Below, piece by piece: positions 39,829-49,484 of a stretch of 64,000 bases of DNA; positions within the stretch are counted from its first letter, which is position 1; the number at the start of each line of letters is the position of its first letter. The stretch comes from an uncultured Candidatus Binatia bacterium (GTDB taxonomy: Bacteria; Desulfobacterota; Binatia; Bin18). The stretch is taken from assembly GCA_965214605.1 (NCBI GenBank), contig OZ243961.1, positions 3,680,001 through 3,744,000 on the forward strand. The letters are read 5' to 3'. The notes under the pieces are model-generated. The model ran no database searches. It was given only the letters and a program-made list of their open reading frames with translations, and had not been told where the DNA came from. Both the position numbers and the translations under genes were made by a program.

Positions 39829-40941
39829 CTACAGGTTGTACAGCCGTTTGGCGTTCTCCCCAATAATCTTGGTACGGACCGCTTCCGACAGCGGTGCGCA
39901 GGCTTCCTGAACCTCCTCGACCACGCCTGGAAAGGTGCAGTCGAAGTGTGGATAGTCCGAGCCCCAAATCACACAGTCTTCCAGGCCCATGGCGACCATG
40001 CTCTGCAGGGTTCGTTCATCGGGATCTAGGGCGATAAAGCACTGCTGTTTGAAATGCTCGCTCGGTTTTTGCTTCAGCCACGGCACGTAATGGCCCATTT
40101 TCTCAAAATGGCCGTCCATCCGATCGAGCCAGTAGCCGATCCAGCCCACGCCCGATTCGAGAAAGGCAACCTTCAGACTCGGAAACTTGCTCAGCACCCC
40201 GCCACAAATGATATCCATACATGCGCCTTGTTGTTCCCAGGGATGGCAGACCATGTGGAAGAAAAACGGATCTTTGTAGCGCTCTTGTCCGAGCGTTGGC
40301 ATTTTGGTGCCAAAGCTCCCGTGAATAGCGACCGGGGTGTTCAACTCCTGGGCCTCACGCCAGAACACGTCATAGGCAGGATCGTTCAGCCGTCGGCCAT
40401 TAAACGGGTTGGGGCGGATAAACACGGCCCGCATGCCCAGCTCTTTGACCACTCGGCGCATCTCTGTGACCGCTTCGTCAACATCCTGGAGGGGCAGCGG
40501 GGCAACGGCAAAGAAGCGGTCAGGATACGGCTTACAAAAGTCGGCGATCCAGTTGTTGTAGGCCCGACACGAAGCGGCGGCTAGCTGTGGGTCCTCTAGG
40601 TCGCCATAGATCAGCCACAGGCTCGGATAGAAAAAGGCTTGCTCGATCCCTTCGAGGTCCATATCCTTGACCCGAATGTGGGGGTCATAACCGCCCGGAA
40701 CGATCTCGTCCCAGCCCATAGTTCGGGCTTTCTGCGGGTCGGACAGACCGCCGGGGGTGCATGCCGCGGCAATAGCCATATTCCGGTCGTGGCGGACCTC
40801 GCCATTAATCCTGAGTTTGTCGACGCCGTCACGGTCCCGAAAGATCTGAATTACCCCGTCACGATAGGCCGGCTCGGTATACTCCTGCCAGACGCTTGGC
40901 GGCTCAAGAATATGTCCATCCGCATCAATAATCTGGGCCAT
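39829..40941 (-). CDS. Amidohydrolase_2 family protein
   Basis: IDADGHILE, AYNNW, VAIH, FLESGVGW, WGSDYPHFD. Confidence 0.92.
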   Translation of the reverse strand: MAQIIDADGHILEPPSVWQEYTEPAYRDGVIQIFRDRDGVDKLRINGEVRHDRNMAIAAACTPGGLSDPQKARTMGWDEIVPGGYDPHIRVKDMDLEGIEQAFFYPSLWLIYGDLEDPQLAAASCRAYNNWIADFCKPYPDRFFAVAPLPLQDVDEAVTEMRRVVKELGMRAVFIRPNPFNGRRLNDPAYDVFWREAQELNTPVAIHGSFGTKMPTLGQERYKDPFFFHMVCHPWEQQGACMDIICGGVLSKFPSLKVAFLESGVGWIGYWLDRMDGHFEKMGHYVPWLKQKPSEHFKQQCFIALDPDERTLQSMVAMGLEDCVIWGSDYPHFDCTFPGVVEEVQEACAPLSEAVRTKIIGENAKRLYNL

Positions 40942-41006
40942 AGCTGCTCTCCTTTTGGCACTCGTGGACGATCACCCCCTTCACTACGCGCAGGCGGCGC
41001 GTCTTG

Positions 41007-41480
41007 TCAACCTAACAGTTCGGGTAGGGCGACGGTGACCCGATTGCTAATCCGTTCCACTTCGCCGTCTGCCCGCACGCCTTTGAGGGAAACGGTACAA
41101 CACGTCTGTGGATCACGCAGATCGTCCCAGTCAATCCCAGCATCGTCCGGAATTGGAAAGCTGGCCGAGACCGAGCCGGCGTAGAGCTTGAACGGCCTGA
41201 GCGCACCGGCTAGCTTGACCTCGGGTTCAAGGGGAAAGACCAGTACCTCGAGGTAGGGCAGGGGTAGCTCGGCGTCCTCGGCCAGGTCATAGTCAAGCTG
41301 AACGGTCAGCGTTTCAACGTTGAAGCGTTTCAGCTCAACCTGTGAGATATGAATCAGAATTTTGCTGGGCTCTGGACCGGAGCAGCCGGACATAACAAGT
41401 CCGGCCAGGGGGAGAAAAACGCCGAGGAGATAGCGGAATTCACGTTTTCGGTGATCGGTACTTGCCTGTTGTCCGCTCAT
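41007..41480 (-). CDS. Hypothetical lipoprotein
   Basis: Hydrophobic segment ending MSGC, beta-rich body. Confidence 0.65.
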   Translation of the reverse strand: MSGQQASTDHRKREFRYLLGVFLPLAGLVMSGCSGPEPSKILIHISQVELKRFNVETLTVQLDYDLAEDAELPLPYLEVLVFPLEPEVKLAGALRPFKLYAGSVSASFPIPDDAGIDWDDLRDPQTCCTVSLKGVRADGEVERISNRVTVALPELLG

Positions 41481-41560
41481 GATACATCCCTACGGGTGTT
41501 CTCGGACCGTGTCTCGTCTGCCGAGAGGCTTGGGCGACTTCAACTTTGCCATATTCCAGG

Positions 41561-42448
41561 CTAAATCAGCTTGACGTCCCGAGCGAAGCGCTCCATCATC
41601 CCGGCCATCTCTTCATAGCTACGGGCAAAATTGAAGAAAGCCAAGTACAGATAGTTCGCTCCTAACTCCTGGTAACGAGGAATGTCGTCCACAATTTCTT
41701 CGGGCCGTTTACCACGGGGCGATACGCACAGGGTAATCGTCGATATATCCCGCCCGGCCTTGGCCGCTCGGTCTCGGAGTTTGTCCACCCGTTGGCCGAA
41801 CTCTTCAGGACTGAACACCACGGCGGCCCAGCCATCGCCGTACTCAACAATCCGGCGGAGGGCCGGACCGGTATGCCCGCCTAGCCAAATCGGTGGATGG
41901 GGTTGCTGAACCGGCCGGGGCTCACAGCACAGCTCCGGGAACTGGTGAAAACGCCCTGAGAAGCTTGTGCTGTCTTTGGTCCACAGCTCTTTCATGACCG
42001 CCACGCTCTCGTCACTCAGCGGGCCGCGATCGACAAACGGAGCGTTCAGGGCGCCAAACTCTTCCTCCATCCAGCCCACACCAACCCCTAGGATGACACG
42101 TCCGGCGGACAGCACGTCGAGGGTTGCGACCGTCTTAGCGGTCACCACCGCATTCCGGTGGGGTAGGACTAGGACTGCCGTGCCAAGACGGATTGTGGTG
42201 GTACAGGCCGCGGCAAAGCTTAAGACCGTCAACGGCTCTAGAATAGGCGCGTGTGGGTCAAGCGGAAAAGCGCCGCTAGCGGTGTACGGATATTTTGAGG
42301 CAATATCCAGCGGGGTGACGATATGATCGCCCACCCACACGGAATCGTAGCCGAGGGCTTCGGCCGTCTGGGCGGTGGTCCGGATATTATTGAGCACGTC
42401 GCCTCTGGCTAGCGGACCAATATGGGGTAAAAAGGCACCGTATTGCAT
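41561..42448 (-). CDS. LLM-class (probably F420-dependent) oxidoreductase
   Basis: GYDSVWVGDH, IRLGTAVLVLP, ATLDVLSAGR..GVGVGW, PRPVQQPHPPIWLGG. Confidence 0.92.
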   Translation of the reverse strand: MQYGAFLPHIGPLARGDVLNNIRTTAQTAEALGYDSVWVGDHIVTPLDIASKYPYTASGAFPLDPHAPILEPLTVLSFAAACTTTIRLGTAVLVLPHRNAVVTAKTVATLDVLSAGRVILGVGVGWMEEEFGALNAPFVDRGPLSDESVAVMKELWTKDSTSFSGRFHQFPELCCEPRPVQQPHPPIWLGGHTGPALRRIVEYGDGWAAVVFSPEEFGQRVDKLRDRAAKAGRDISTITLCVSPRGKRPEEIVDDIPRYQELGANYLYLAFFNFARSYEEMAGMMERFARDVKLI

Positions 42449-42482
42449 GTTCCATCTCTCCTCTGAAGCTCGCAATCAGCAC

Positions 42483-42536
42483 AAAAGGTGAACGATGATG
42501 GCCACCTTCCTAAAAAGAGATCATCCTTCACCTTTT
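42483..42536. repeat. 17-bp inverted repeat (1 mismatch, 20-nt spacer) in a divergent intergenic region
   Basis: AAAAGGTGAACGATGAT (42483-42499) pairs with ATCATCCTTCACCTTTT (42520-42536). Confidence 0.8.
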
Positions 42537-42674
42537 CGGTCAAGAGAATGCCAATGGAATCGTCTAGACGAGCCATTATCGGCCTCTAATCTGGCAATCC
42601 AAGCCCGGACGTGCTAACAGCACCTAAACTAGAGCGTGCCGCAAACATACAGGAGTTCTGACGAATCAGCGTTC

Positions 42675-43340
42675 ATGAGGAGAACAATGGAGGGGGTACG
42701 CATACTCTTAGTCCGGCACGGAGAGACCGTGTGGAATCAAGAAAACCGTTGGCAGGGTCAGGCCGATGTCCCGTTGAGTGAAAACGGCCGAGAGCAGTCC
42801 TGGCGGCTGGCCCGGCGGCTGTGGCAGGAAAAGCAGTCGGTCCGGGCGATTTACACCAGCGATCTGATCCGAGCGGTTGATACGGCGAGGATTCTTGGCC
42901 AGACCTTGGGGCTTGAGCCGACCATTGAGACCGGCTGGCGGGAGATGAATATCGGCACCTGGAGTGGGCTGCGGACTAGCGAGGTTATTGCCCGCCATCC
43001 CGAAGAGTGGGAACGGCTGCGGGCGGGCGAAGATCTGCCCCGTGGCGGGGGTGAGACCTTCGCCCATTTTCAGGGCCGACTCGTCGGGGCTGCCCAGGCA
43101 CTAATCAAGAAGCACATCGGGCAGCAGGTGGCGGTGGTGACCCACGGCGGCGCGGTCCGGACGTTCTTATTATACTGTCGCGGTCTAGATATGAGTCAGT
43201 TCCGCAAAATCGACAAAATTGGCAACACAGGCCTCAGCAAGGTGACCCTGGGCGCGGATGGCAGCGCGTTAATCCACTATGTAAACGATACCGACCATCT
43301 GGATAGGGTGGCGCTGTCGGGCGAGACGGTTGACGCCTGA
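42675..43340 (+). CDS. Histidine phosphatase (phosphoglycerate mutase-like) family protein
   Basis: LVRHGET, TSDLIRA, REMNIGTW, GGET, VTHGG. Start is 42675 or 42687. Confidence 0.92.
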   Translation: MRRTMEGVRILLVRHGETVWNQENRWQGQADVPLSENGREQSWRLARRLWQEKQSVRAIYTSDLIRAVDTARILGQTLGLEPTIETGWREMNIGTWSGLRTSEVIARHPEEWERLRAGEDLPRGGGETFAHFQGRLVGAAQALIKKHIGQQVAVVTHGGAVRTFLLYCRGLDMSQFRKIDKIGNTGLSKVTLGADGSALIHYVNDTDHLDRVALSGETVDA

Positions 43341-44071
43341 GCCCTTAAAAGGCGCTCTCGTCGCGCCTTGACCGATACGCTAGCAGGAGAGCAAAACAGG
43401 AGAGGTCACCGTCACCATTGGGCTTGAGAACGCCGCAGACCGGGGGGGATGAGCGAGGTGACGACAGGGCGTCGGCCATTCGTCGTTCCGGCAAGATTGT
43501 CGATGTGGTCACGCTGATGTTACCGTAGCATGTGGCTGAGAGGCTTGGGTTGGGAATATGATGACGCACTACGGTTGTCTCCTCAATACAGATGAGCGAA
43601 AGGAGGAACGCCGAGTGGCCGGTCCGCTGACCATCCGTATTGATGACCGTTCCATGAGTCTTGTCGGCCCTCCTTATGGGCGAGCCACTGGATTGTCCTG
43701 GAATCATTGAACTTAAGTGTCGATTATACAAATCCTAGACTGACTCCACACCCGGGGTTGCCGGATTCTCCTCGGTTGAAACTGAAATAACAGGGATGGG
43801 CAAGTGGGAGAGCAGACTGAAGACCGGGGCACTCGTCGCTAGCCCGATCCTCATCGGGCGCGTTCCTGGCGCGCTGCGCGTTGGCCTCCATATTGATGTT
43901 TTGCAGCCAGAGACGATCGGTTGCAGCCTCGGAGCCGCGCAAGGCACGGCTCCGAGCGATTCTTCGAGATTTTCTTCCAGCATGTTCTCAGCGGTCATGA
44001 CGTGATCCGCCCCTTGCAATCCGCTACAAGGCTCCATATAGCTGGCTAGACAGCGAAAATTTTAACGCCGT

Positions 44072-45034
44072 TTGCACCAAGGCCCTGCTCCCTTGTCTGT
44101 CTTCGCTTCCCGTTGGTTTCAGCTCAGTGTGAGTCTCATCCTCTTAGGGGTGCTGTTTGTGTCAGCCGATTGGCGGGCGTTTGTCAGCCAGCTGTGGACC
44201 GCTCAGCCTGGTTATGTGGTGGTGGCCTTTGTCGGCTATGTGCTCGGACAGGTGCTGAGCGCCTATAAGTGGGGCCTGCTGGCCCGGGTCGTGGGCTTTG
44301 ATCAGTCGCTGCGATCCTTTGTCAGCTATTACTTTGGCGGCATGTACCTCAATCTGTTTTCACCCAGTACGATCGCCGGGGATGTGGGCCGCGGTGTTTT
44401 GCTGGCTGGCGGGCGTGAGGGGGTCGGCCGCGCCCTGCAGTCGGTGTTGGCCGACCGGGCAAGTGGTACGGTCATGCTCATATGGGTAAGTGCCCTCAGC
44501 TTTGTTGTCCTGGGGCCAACTGTCCTGCCGGCCGTGGTGTGTTACGGAACAATTGCGGCGGCGGTTGGAGCCGTGCTGGTCTGGTGGCTGCTGCCGCGCT
44601 TGATGGCGCTGCTGTTCGTGCCTGGCCACGTCATCCGTCGGAGTAGCGAAAAGCTGCTTGCTCCGTATCATACCCGGCCGAGGCTTATGCTTGGGGTGTG
44701 TAGCTTGGCCTTTGGCTTCCACGTCTTTCAGATTGGCCTGCTGCCCCTGCTGGCCCACGCGCTCAATGTTAGCGTCCCTTTTTGGTACCTCATGGTGTGT
44801 ATTCCGTTGGTCACGTTGGTGAGCAGTTTGCCGTTGAGTTTCGGCGGGCTGGGAATTCGCGAGGGGAGCTATGTGCTCTTTCTGTCGCTCGTCGGGGTTA
44901 GCCAGAACGAAGCCTTGGCCATCAGTTTGGTGTGGACGGCGCTCGTTTTTGGTGCCGGTCTCGTCGGCGGGCTGGTGCTGTTCATGTCACCGGATACGCG
45001 AACGAGGTTTCGCCAGCTGGGCGGCCTGACCTAG
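44072..45034 (+). CDS. Lysylphosphatidylglycerol synthase TM / flippase-like membrane protein
   Basis: YLNLFSPSTIAGDVGR, SVLADR, LPLSFGGLGIREG. Start uncertain. Confidence 0.88.
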   Translation: MHQGPAPLSVFASRWFQLSVSLILLGVLFVSADWRAFVSQLWTAQPGYVVVAFVGYVLGQVLSAYKWGLLARVVGFDQSLRSFVSYYFGGMYLNLFSPSTIAGDVGRGVLLAGGREGVGRALQSVLADRASGTVMLIWVSALSFVVLGPTVLPAVVCYGTIAAAVGAVLVWWLLPRLMALLFVPGHVIRRSSEKLLAPYHTRPRLMLGVCSLAFGFHVFQIGLLPLLAHALNVSVPFWYLMVCIPLVTLVSSLPLSFGGLGIREGSYVLFLSLVGVSQNEALAISLVWTALVFGAGLVGGLVLFMSPDTRTRFRQLGGLT

Positions 45035-46323
45035 AAAAATGATGGCCGGATAAGAATCGTCTCTTCCCGACCAGCGCCGACCGAAATCATTTTGATCGGT
45101 ATCCCCAGCAGGCTCTCAATCCGCTCAACATAGCGCCGGGCATTGGTTGGCAGAGCGTCAAGGCTGCGGATGTTGGTCAGCGGTTCGGTCCAGCCGGGCA
45201 GTTCTTCATAGACCGGGGTGAGCTGTTCGAGAACGTGAGCACTGGCCGGAACCTCGTCATAGATCTGCCCGTTGTAGCGATAGCCGGTACACACCCGGAG
45301 GGTGTCCAGGCCGCTTAAGACATCGACCTTGGTCAGTGCCAGACTCTCAACCCCGTTCAGGCGGGCCGCCGTCCGGACAAGCACGGTGTCCAGCCAGCCA
45401 CACCGACGCGGCCGGCCGGTGACTGTCCCAAATTCGCCCCCGGCCTGACGTAACCGGTCCCCTTCGGCGTCAAACAGTTCGGTCGGGAAGGGGCCTCCAC
45501 CAACCCGGGTGGCGTAGGCTTTGGAGATGCCGATCACACTGTGGATCTGCTGGGGAGCAATACCAGCTCCGGCGCACACGGCTCCGGAAACAGTATTCGA
45601 AGACGTCACGTATGGGTAGGTGCCGTGGTCAACATCGAGCTGGGTGCCCTGAGCGCCTTCAAACAAGACCTTCTTGCCGCTGCTGATCGCGTTGTGCAGA
45701 TAACGGGAAGTGTTGGTCACACACGGGGCTAGCCGCTCGCGGAGTTGACAGTAGGTATCGAACATGGCCCTGAAATCAAGCCCCGGCTCACCCAGGATGG
45801 TTTGCAGATAGCTGTTTTTGTCCTCCACATTGCGGACTAGTTTGGCCTCAAACGTCGCTTCATCCAGCAGGTCAACAAAGCGGATGCCAACCCGGGCCAT
45901 CTTATCCTCATAGCTGGGACCGACGCCCCGTCCGGTCGTGCCAATTTTGGCCTTACCGCGTAGCTTTTCGCGGGCGAGGTCAATCGCTTTATGGTAGGGC
46001 ATAATGAGATGTGCGGTTTCGCTGATCTTGAGCAGGCCGAGATTAATCAGACAGCCCTGCTGCCGTAGGGCGTCAATTTCTGCCACCAGCGTTTCGGGAT
46101 CGATGACCATGCCGTTGCCAATCACACACACTTTGCCAGCGTGCAGGACGCCCGACGGAATGAGCCGCACGATCGTCTTTTTCCCGCCAACGACCAGGGT
46201 ATGACCAGCATTGCTGCCTCCTTGGAATCGGACTATGACATCGGCCTCGCGTGCCAGTAGATCGACAACCTTGCCCTTGCCTTCGTCTCCCCACTGTACA
46301 CCAACGACAACCAGAGTGCTCAT
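45031..46323 (-). CDS. purA: Adenylosuccinate synthetase
   Basis: QWGDEGKGK, GGSNAGHT, IGTTGRGVGP, GTVTGRPRRCGW. Confidence 0.98.
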   Translation of the reverse strand: MSTLVVVGVQWGDEGKGKVVDLLAREADVIVRFQGGSNAGHTLVVGGKKTIVRLIPSGVLHAGKVCVIGNGMVIDPETLVAEIDALRQQGCLINLGLLKISETAHLIMPYHKAIDLAREKLRGKAKIGTTGRGVGPSYEDKMARVGIRFVDLLDEATFEAKLVRNVEDKNSYLQTILGEPGLDFRAMFDTYCQLRERLAPCVTNTSRYLHNAISSGKKVLFEGAQGTQLDVDHGTYPYVTSSNTVSGAVCAGAGIAPQQIHSVIGISKAYATRVGGGPFPTELFDAEGDRLRQAGGEFGTVTGRPRRCGWLDTVLVRTAARLNGVESLALTKVDVLSGLDTLRVCTGYRYNGQIYDEVPASAHVLEQLTPVYEELPGWTEPLTNIRSLDALPTNARRYVERIESLLGIPIKMISVGAGREETILIRPSFF

Positions 46324-46333
46324 TTGTTGCTCC

Positions 46334-47926
46334 TTATAATAGGTGGATCTGCTGCGCCGAAGTCACCGACTCCAGATTGCGCAGTTCGTCCAGGACCTCG
46401 GCCGAAACATGGGCATCGACATGGACCAGGGCCAAGGCTTGGCCACCGACCCGTTCGCGTCCGAGTTCGAGCCCGGCGATATTGATCCCGCGCTGTCCGA
46501 GGACCGTTCCAACGCTGCCGACCACGCCCGGCACATCGTGGTTGTGCAGGACAATAATATGCCCTTCAGGAACGGCTTCAAGATAGGACGTATTGACCCG
46601 CACGAGCCGGACCACGTTGTTGGTGAAGACCGCCCCCTCGACCGTGTTGGTGCCGCCCGTGCTTATAACGCTGACGGTGATTGAGTTTAAAAAATCGCTA
46701 GGCCGACTGCTGCGCGACTCCACCACCCGCACGCCCCGCTCACGGGCGATATGCGGGGCGTTCACATAGTTAATGTTTGATTCCAGAATCGAGTTCAGTA
46801 GCCCGCGTAGGACCGCAGCGGTAGCCGGGGCAACATCATAGTCGGTAATATCACCCGTGTACTCGATATGGACTTCCAGCGGCGCTTCGCCGGTCAACTG
46901 AGCTAAAAAGCTGCCCAGTTTTTCGCCCAGCTGCAGGTAGGGCTGCAGAAAGGTGATCAGTTTCGGGGTCAGCGAGGGAAAGTTGACCGCGTGCTGAATC
47001 ACACCCCGGATCAAATAGTTCGCGACTTGGTCAGCAATCGCCACCGCGACATTGATCTGGGCTTCGTCGGTTGCCGCGCCCAGATGCGGAGTGCAGATGA
47101 CGTTGTCGAGCTGGAGCAGGGGGTGGGAGGCTGGCGGCGGTTCTTCGACAAAGACATCAAGGGCGGCGCCAGCAACGCGGCCGTTTTGGAGGGCGAGGAG
47201 CAGAGCCTGTTCGTCAATAATTCCGCCCCGCGCACAGTTGATAATCCGCACCCCGGCTTTCATCTGGCTAAAGGCGGTCTGGTTGAGCAGCCCCCGGGTG
47301 TCTTCGGTCAGCGGGGTATGGATGGTAATAAAGTCGGCCTGACCATACAGGTCGCCTAGACTGACCAGCTCAATCTGTAGCTTGGCCGCAGTCTCCGGGG
47401 TGACAAAAGGGTCGTAGGCAATAATCCGCATTCTCAGCCCTAGCGCCCGTTCGGCCACAATCGCTCCGATATTGCCGAGGCCGATGATGCCTAGGACCTT
47501 ATTACACACCTCGCTCCCGGTGAATTTGCCCCGCTCCCAGCGTCCGGCTCGAATTGAGGCGTTGGCCTGGGGGATATTCCGGGCTAGAGCCAACATCATT
47601 GAGACCGCGTGCTCAGCGGTGGTGACATTATTCCCGCCCGGCGTATTCATGACCACAATCCCTTGCTTGGTCGCCGCTTCGACCGCGATATTGTCGACCC
47701 CGATTCCCGCCCGCCCGATAACCTGGAGATGAGTTGCAGCGGTAATAACCTGGGGAGTGACTTTTGTGCGGCTGCGAATAATTAAGGCCTGGTAAGCCGG
47801 AATGTGTCGGATGAGCTCGGCTGTGGACAGCTCGGGCCGCACGTCGACTTCGAGGCTAGAGTAGGACTGCAGACGCTCCAGACCTTGCGGAGCCAGGGAA
47901 TCGCTGATAAGGACCTTAGAACTCAT
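46334..47926 (-). CDS. serA: D-3-phosphoglycerate dehydrogenase (long form with ACT domain)
   Basis: GRAGIGVDN, GLGNIG, INCARGG, TPHLGAAT, C-terminal ACT domain. Confidence 0.96.
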   Translation of the reverse strand: MSSKVLISDSLAPQGLERLQSYSSLEVDVRPELSTAELIRHIPAYQALIIRSRTKVTPQVITAATHLQVIGRAGIGVDNIAVEAATKQGIVVMNTPGGNNVTTAEHAVSMMLALARNIPQANASIRAGRWERGKFTGSEVCNKVLGIIGLGNIGAIVAERALGLRMRIIAYDPFVTPETAAKLQIELVSLGDLYGQADFITIHTPLTEDTRGLLNQTAFSQMKAGVRIINCARGGIIDEQALLLALQNGRVAGAALDVFVEEPPPASHPLLQLDNVICTPHLGAATDEAQINVAVAIADQVANYLIRGVIQHAVNFPSLTPKLITFLQPYLQLGEKLGSFLAQLTGEAPLEVHIEYTGDITDYDVAPATAAVLRGLLNSILESNINYVNAPHIARERGVRVVESRSSRPSDFLNSITVSVISTGGTNTVEGAVFTNNVVRLVRVNTSYLEAVPEGHIIVLHNHDVPGVVGSVGTVLGQRGINIAGLELGRERVGGQALALVHVDAHVSAEVLDELRNLESVTSAQQIHLL

Positions 47927-47974
47927 AGGGGTGCTCTGTTTCGACCGTGTGTCGGACGTGTCTCGTCTTTAGCC

Positions 47975-49135
47975 TTAGGCACGGTTCAGCTCGGGCCACC
48001 CTGTCATCAGGATTTCTTGGGCTGCCCGAACGCCGCGGCCGAGCTCGATATTGCAGCCAAACAAGCCTAAGGCCATCTCCAGAGCGCTGATGGCGGTAAT
48101 GACGTCGAAGGGGTCAGCATAGCCGAGATGAGAGATCCGAACAATTTTTCCGCTCAGCTGATCCTGGCCGCCTGCAATATCAACCCCCATGCGATCGCGC
48201 ATGGCGTTCAGCAGCCGCTCACCGCTCACCTCAGGAGGCAGCCACACCCCGGTCGCCGCCGGACTAGGGTGTTCGGGGGCGAGTAAACGTAGCCCCAGAG
48301 CCTGGGCCGCGGTCCGGGTTGCCTGTGCCAAACGCGCGTGCCGGGCGTACAACTGGGCTAAGCCTTCATCCTGTAACAGACGCAGGACCTCGTGCAGACC
48401 AACAACTAGCGAGACGGCCGGGGTGTAAGCGGTCGTGTGGCGATGTTGGGCTTGGCGCTCACGTTGCAGATCAAAATAGAAACGTGGCAGGCTCGCTGCC
48501 GCGGTCCGCTGCCAAGCCTTGGTGCTGAGGGCTACAAAGGCGAGGCCTGGTGGCAGCATCAGGGCTTTTTGCGAACCAGTGATCAGAATATCAATCCCCC
48601 AGCTGTCCATCGGCATTGCGGTCGCGCCCAGCGCGGTAATAGCGTCAACGATTAGGAGACGGTCGGTGTGGCGGGTCAGACGTGCTAGGTCCTGGACGGG
48701 ATGCAGAACGGTGGTTGAGGTCTCGCTGGCCTGGACTAGGACGGCCCGCACCTCGGGATGTTGATCAAGCGACCGGGACACCGCCTCAACGGTTACCGCC
48801 CGGCCCCATTCGACCTGAATTTCAATGGCCTGAAGCCCGGCCGCCTGACAAATTTTGAGCCACCGCTGGCCGAATTTGCCGCCGTTGATAACCAATACGC
48901 TGTCCCCAGCCGAACAGGTGTTAAAGACCGCTGCTTCCATCGCTCCAGTGCCTGAGGCGGACAGGAGGAGTACATCTTGGTCGGTTTGAAACAGCCAGCG
49001 TAACCCGGTTTGGACCTGGGCAAACAACTGACTGAATTCCGGGCTGCGATGATGAAGTATCGGCTGCGACATGCGCAGCAGGACTTCGGGCGGAACCTGG
49101 GTCGGCCCCGGGGTTAATAAATACCGTTTTTGCAT
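47975..49135 (-). CDS. Class V PLP aminotransferase (serine-pyruvate/alanine-glyoxylate type; probable SerC role)
   Basis: LLTPGPT, SGTGAMEA, ETST, VDAIT, GSQKAL; directly upstream of serA. Confidence 0.92.
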   Translation of the reverse strand: MQKRYLLTPGPTQVPPEVLLRMSQPILHHRSPEFSQLFAQVQTGLRWLFQTDQDVLLLSASGTGAMEAAVFNTCSAGDSVLVINGGKFGQRWLKICQAAGLQAIEIQVEWGRAVTVEAVSRSLDQHPEVRAVLVQASETSTTVLHPVQDLARLTRHTDRLLIVDAITALGATAMPMDSWGIDILITGSQKALMLPPGLAFVALSTKAWQRTAAASLPRFYFDLQRERQAQHRHTTAYTPAVSLVVGLHEVLRLLQDEGLAQLYARHARLAQATRTAAQALGLRLLAPEHPSPAATGVWLPPEVSGERLLNAMRDRMGVDIAGGQDQLSGKIVRISHLGYADPFDVITAISALEMALGLFGCNIELGRGVRAAQEILMTGWPELNRA

Positions 49136-49304
49136 ACGGCGCTCCAAAACCAAAAAAACGCCCGGACGGCGGGGGGCACGGTCCAGGCAAAAGCTTTGTC
49201 TCGTGAAGAATTTTGCTATTCAAACAAAGATGTATCGGAGCCGCAGGCCTGAGTCAATGCTGGTCGCATAGCGGCAAACTGCCTGAGTTTCCTAGGATTT
49301 TTTC

Positions 49305-49333
49305 TTGACAGGCCAAATCCCGACGATTATAGT
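49305..49333 (+). promoter_or_regulatory. Sigma70-type promoter for the dcw cluster
   Basis: TTGACA (49305-49310), 17-nt spacer, TATAGT (49328-49333), upstream of rsmH. Confidence 0.75.
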
Positions 49334-49484
49334 CGTGTGGACCGTTGGCAGGACTGGGAGGTTGAGGAGCGGCAGGTGTCTGACGGGTGCTACGAGTTCT
49401 TGACGAAACAACGTTTCGGTTCAGCCTTTCTCGCCCTCGCACCCCTGACAGAACTATATTCGCCCGTGTCCCTATACAGGCCTA

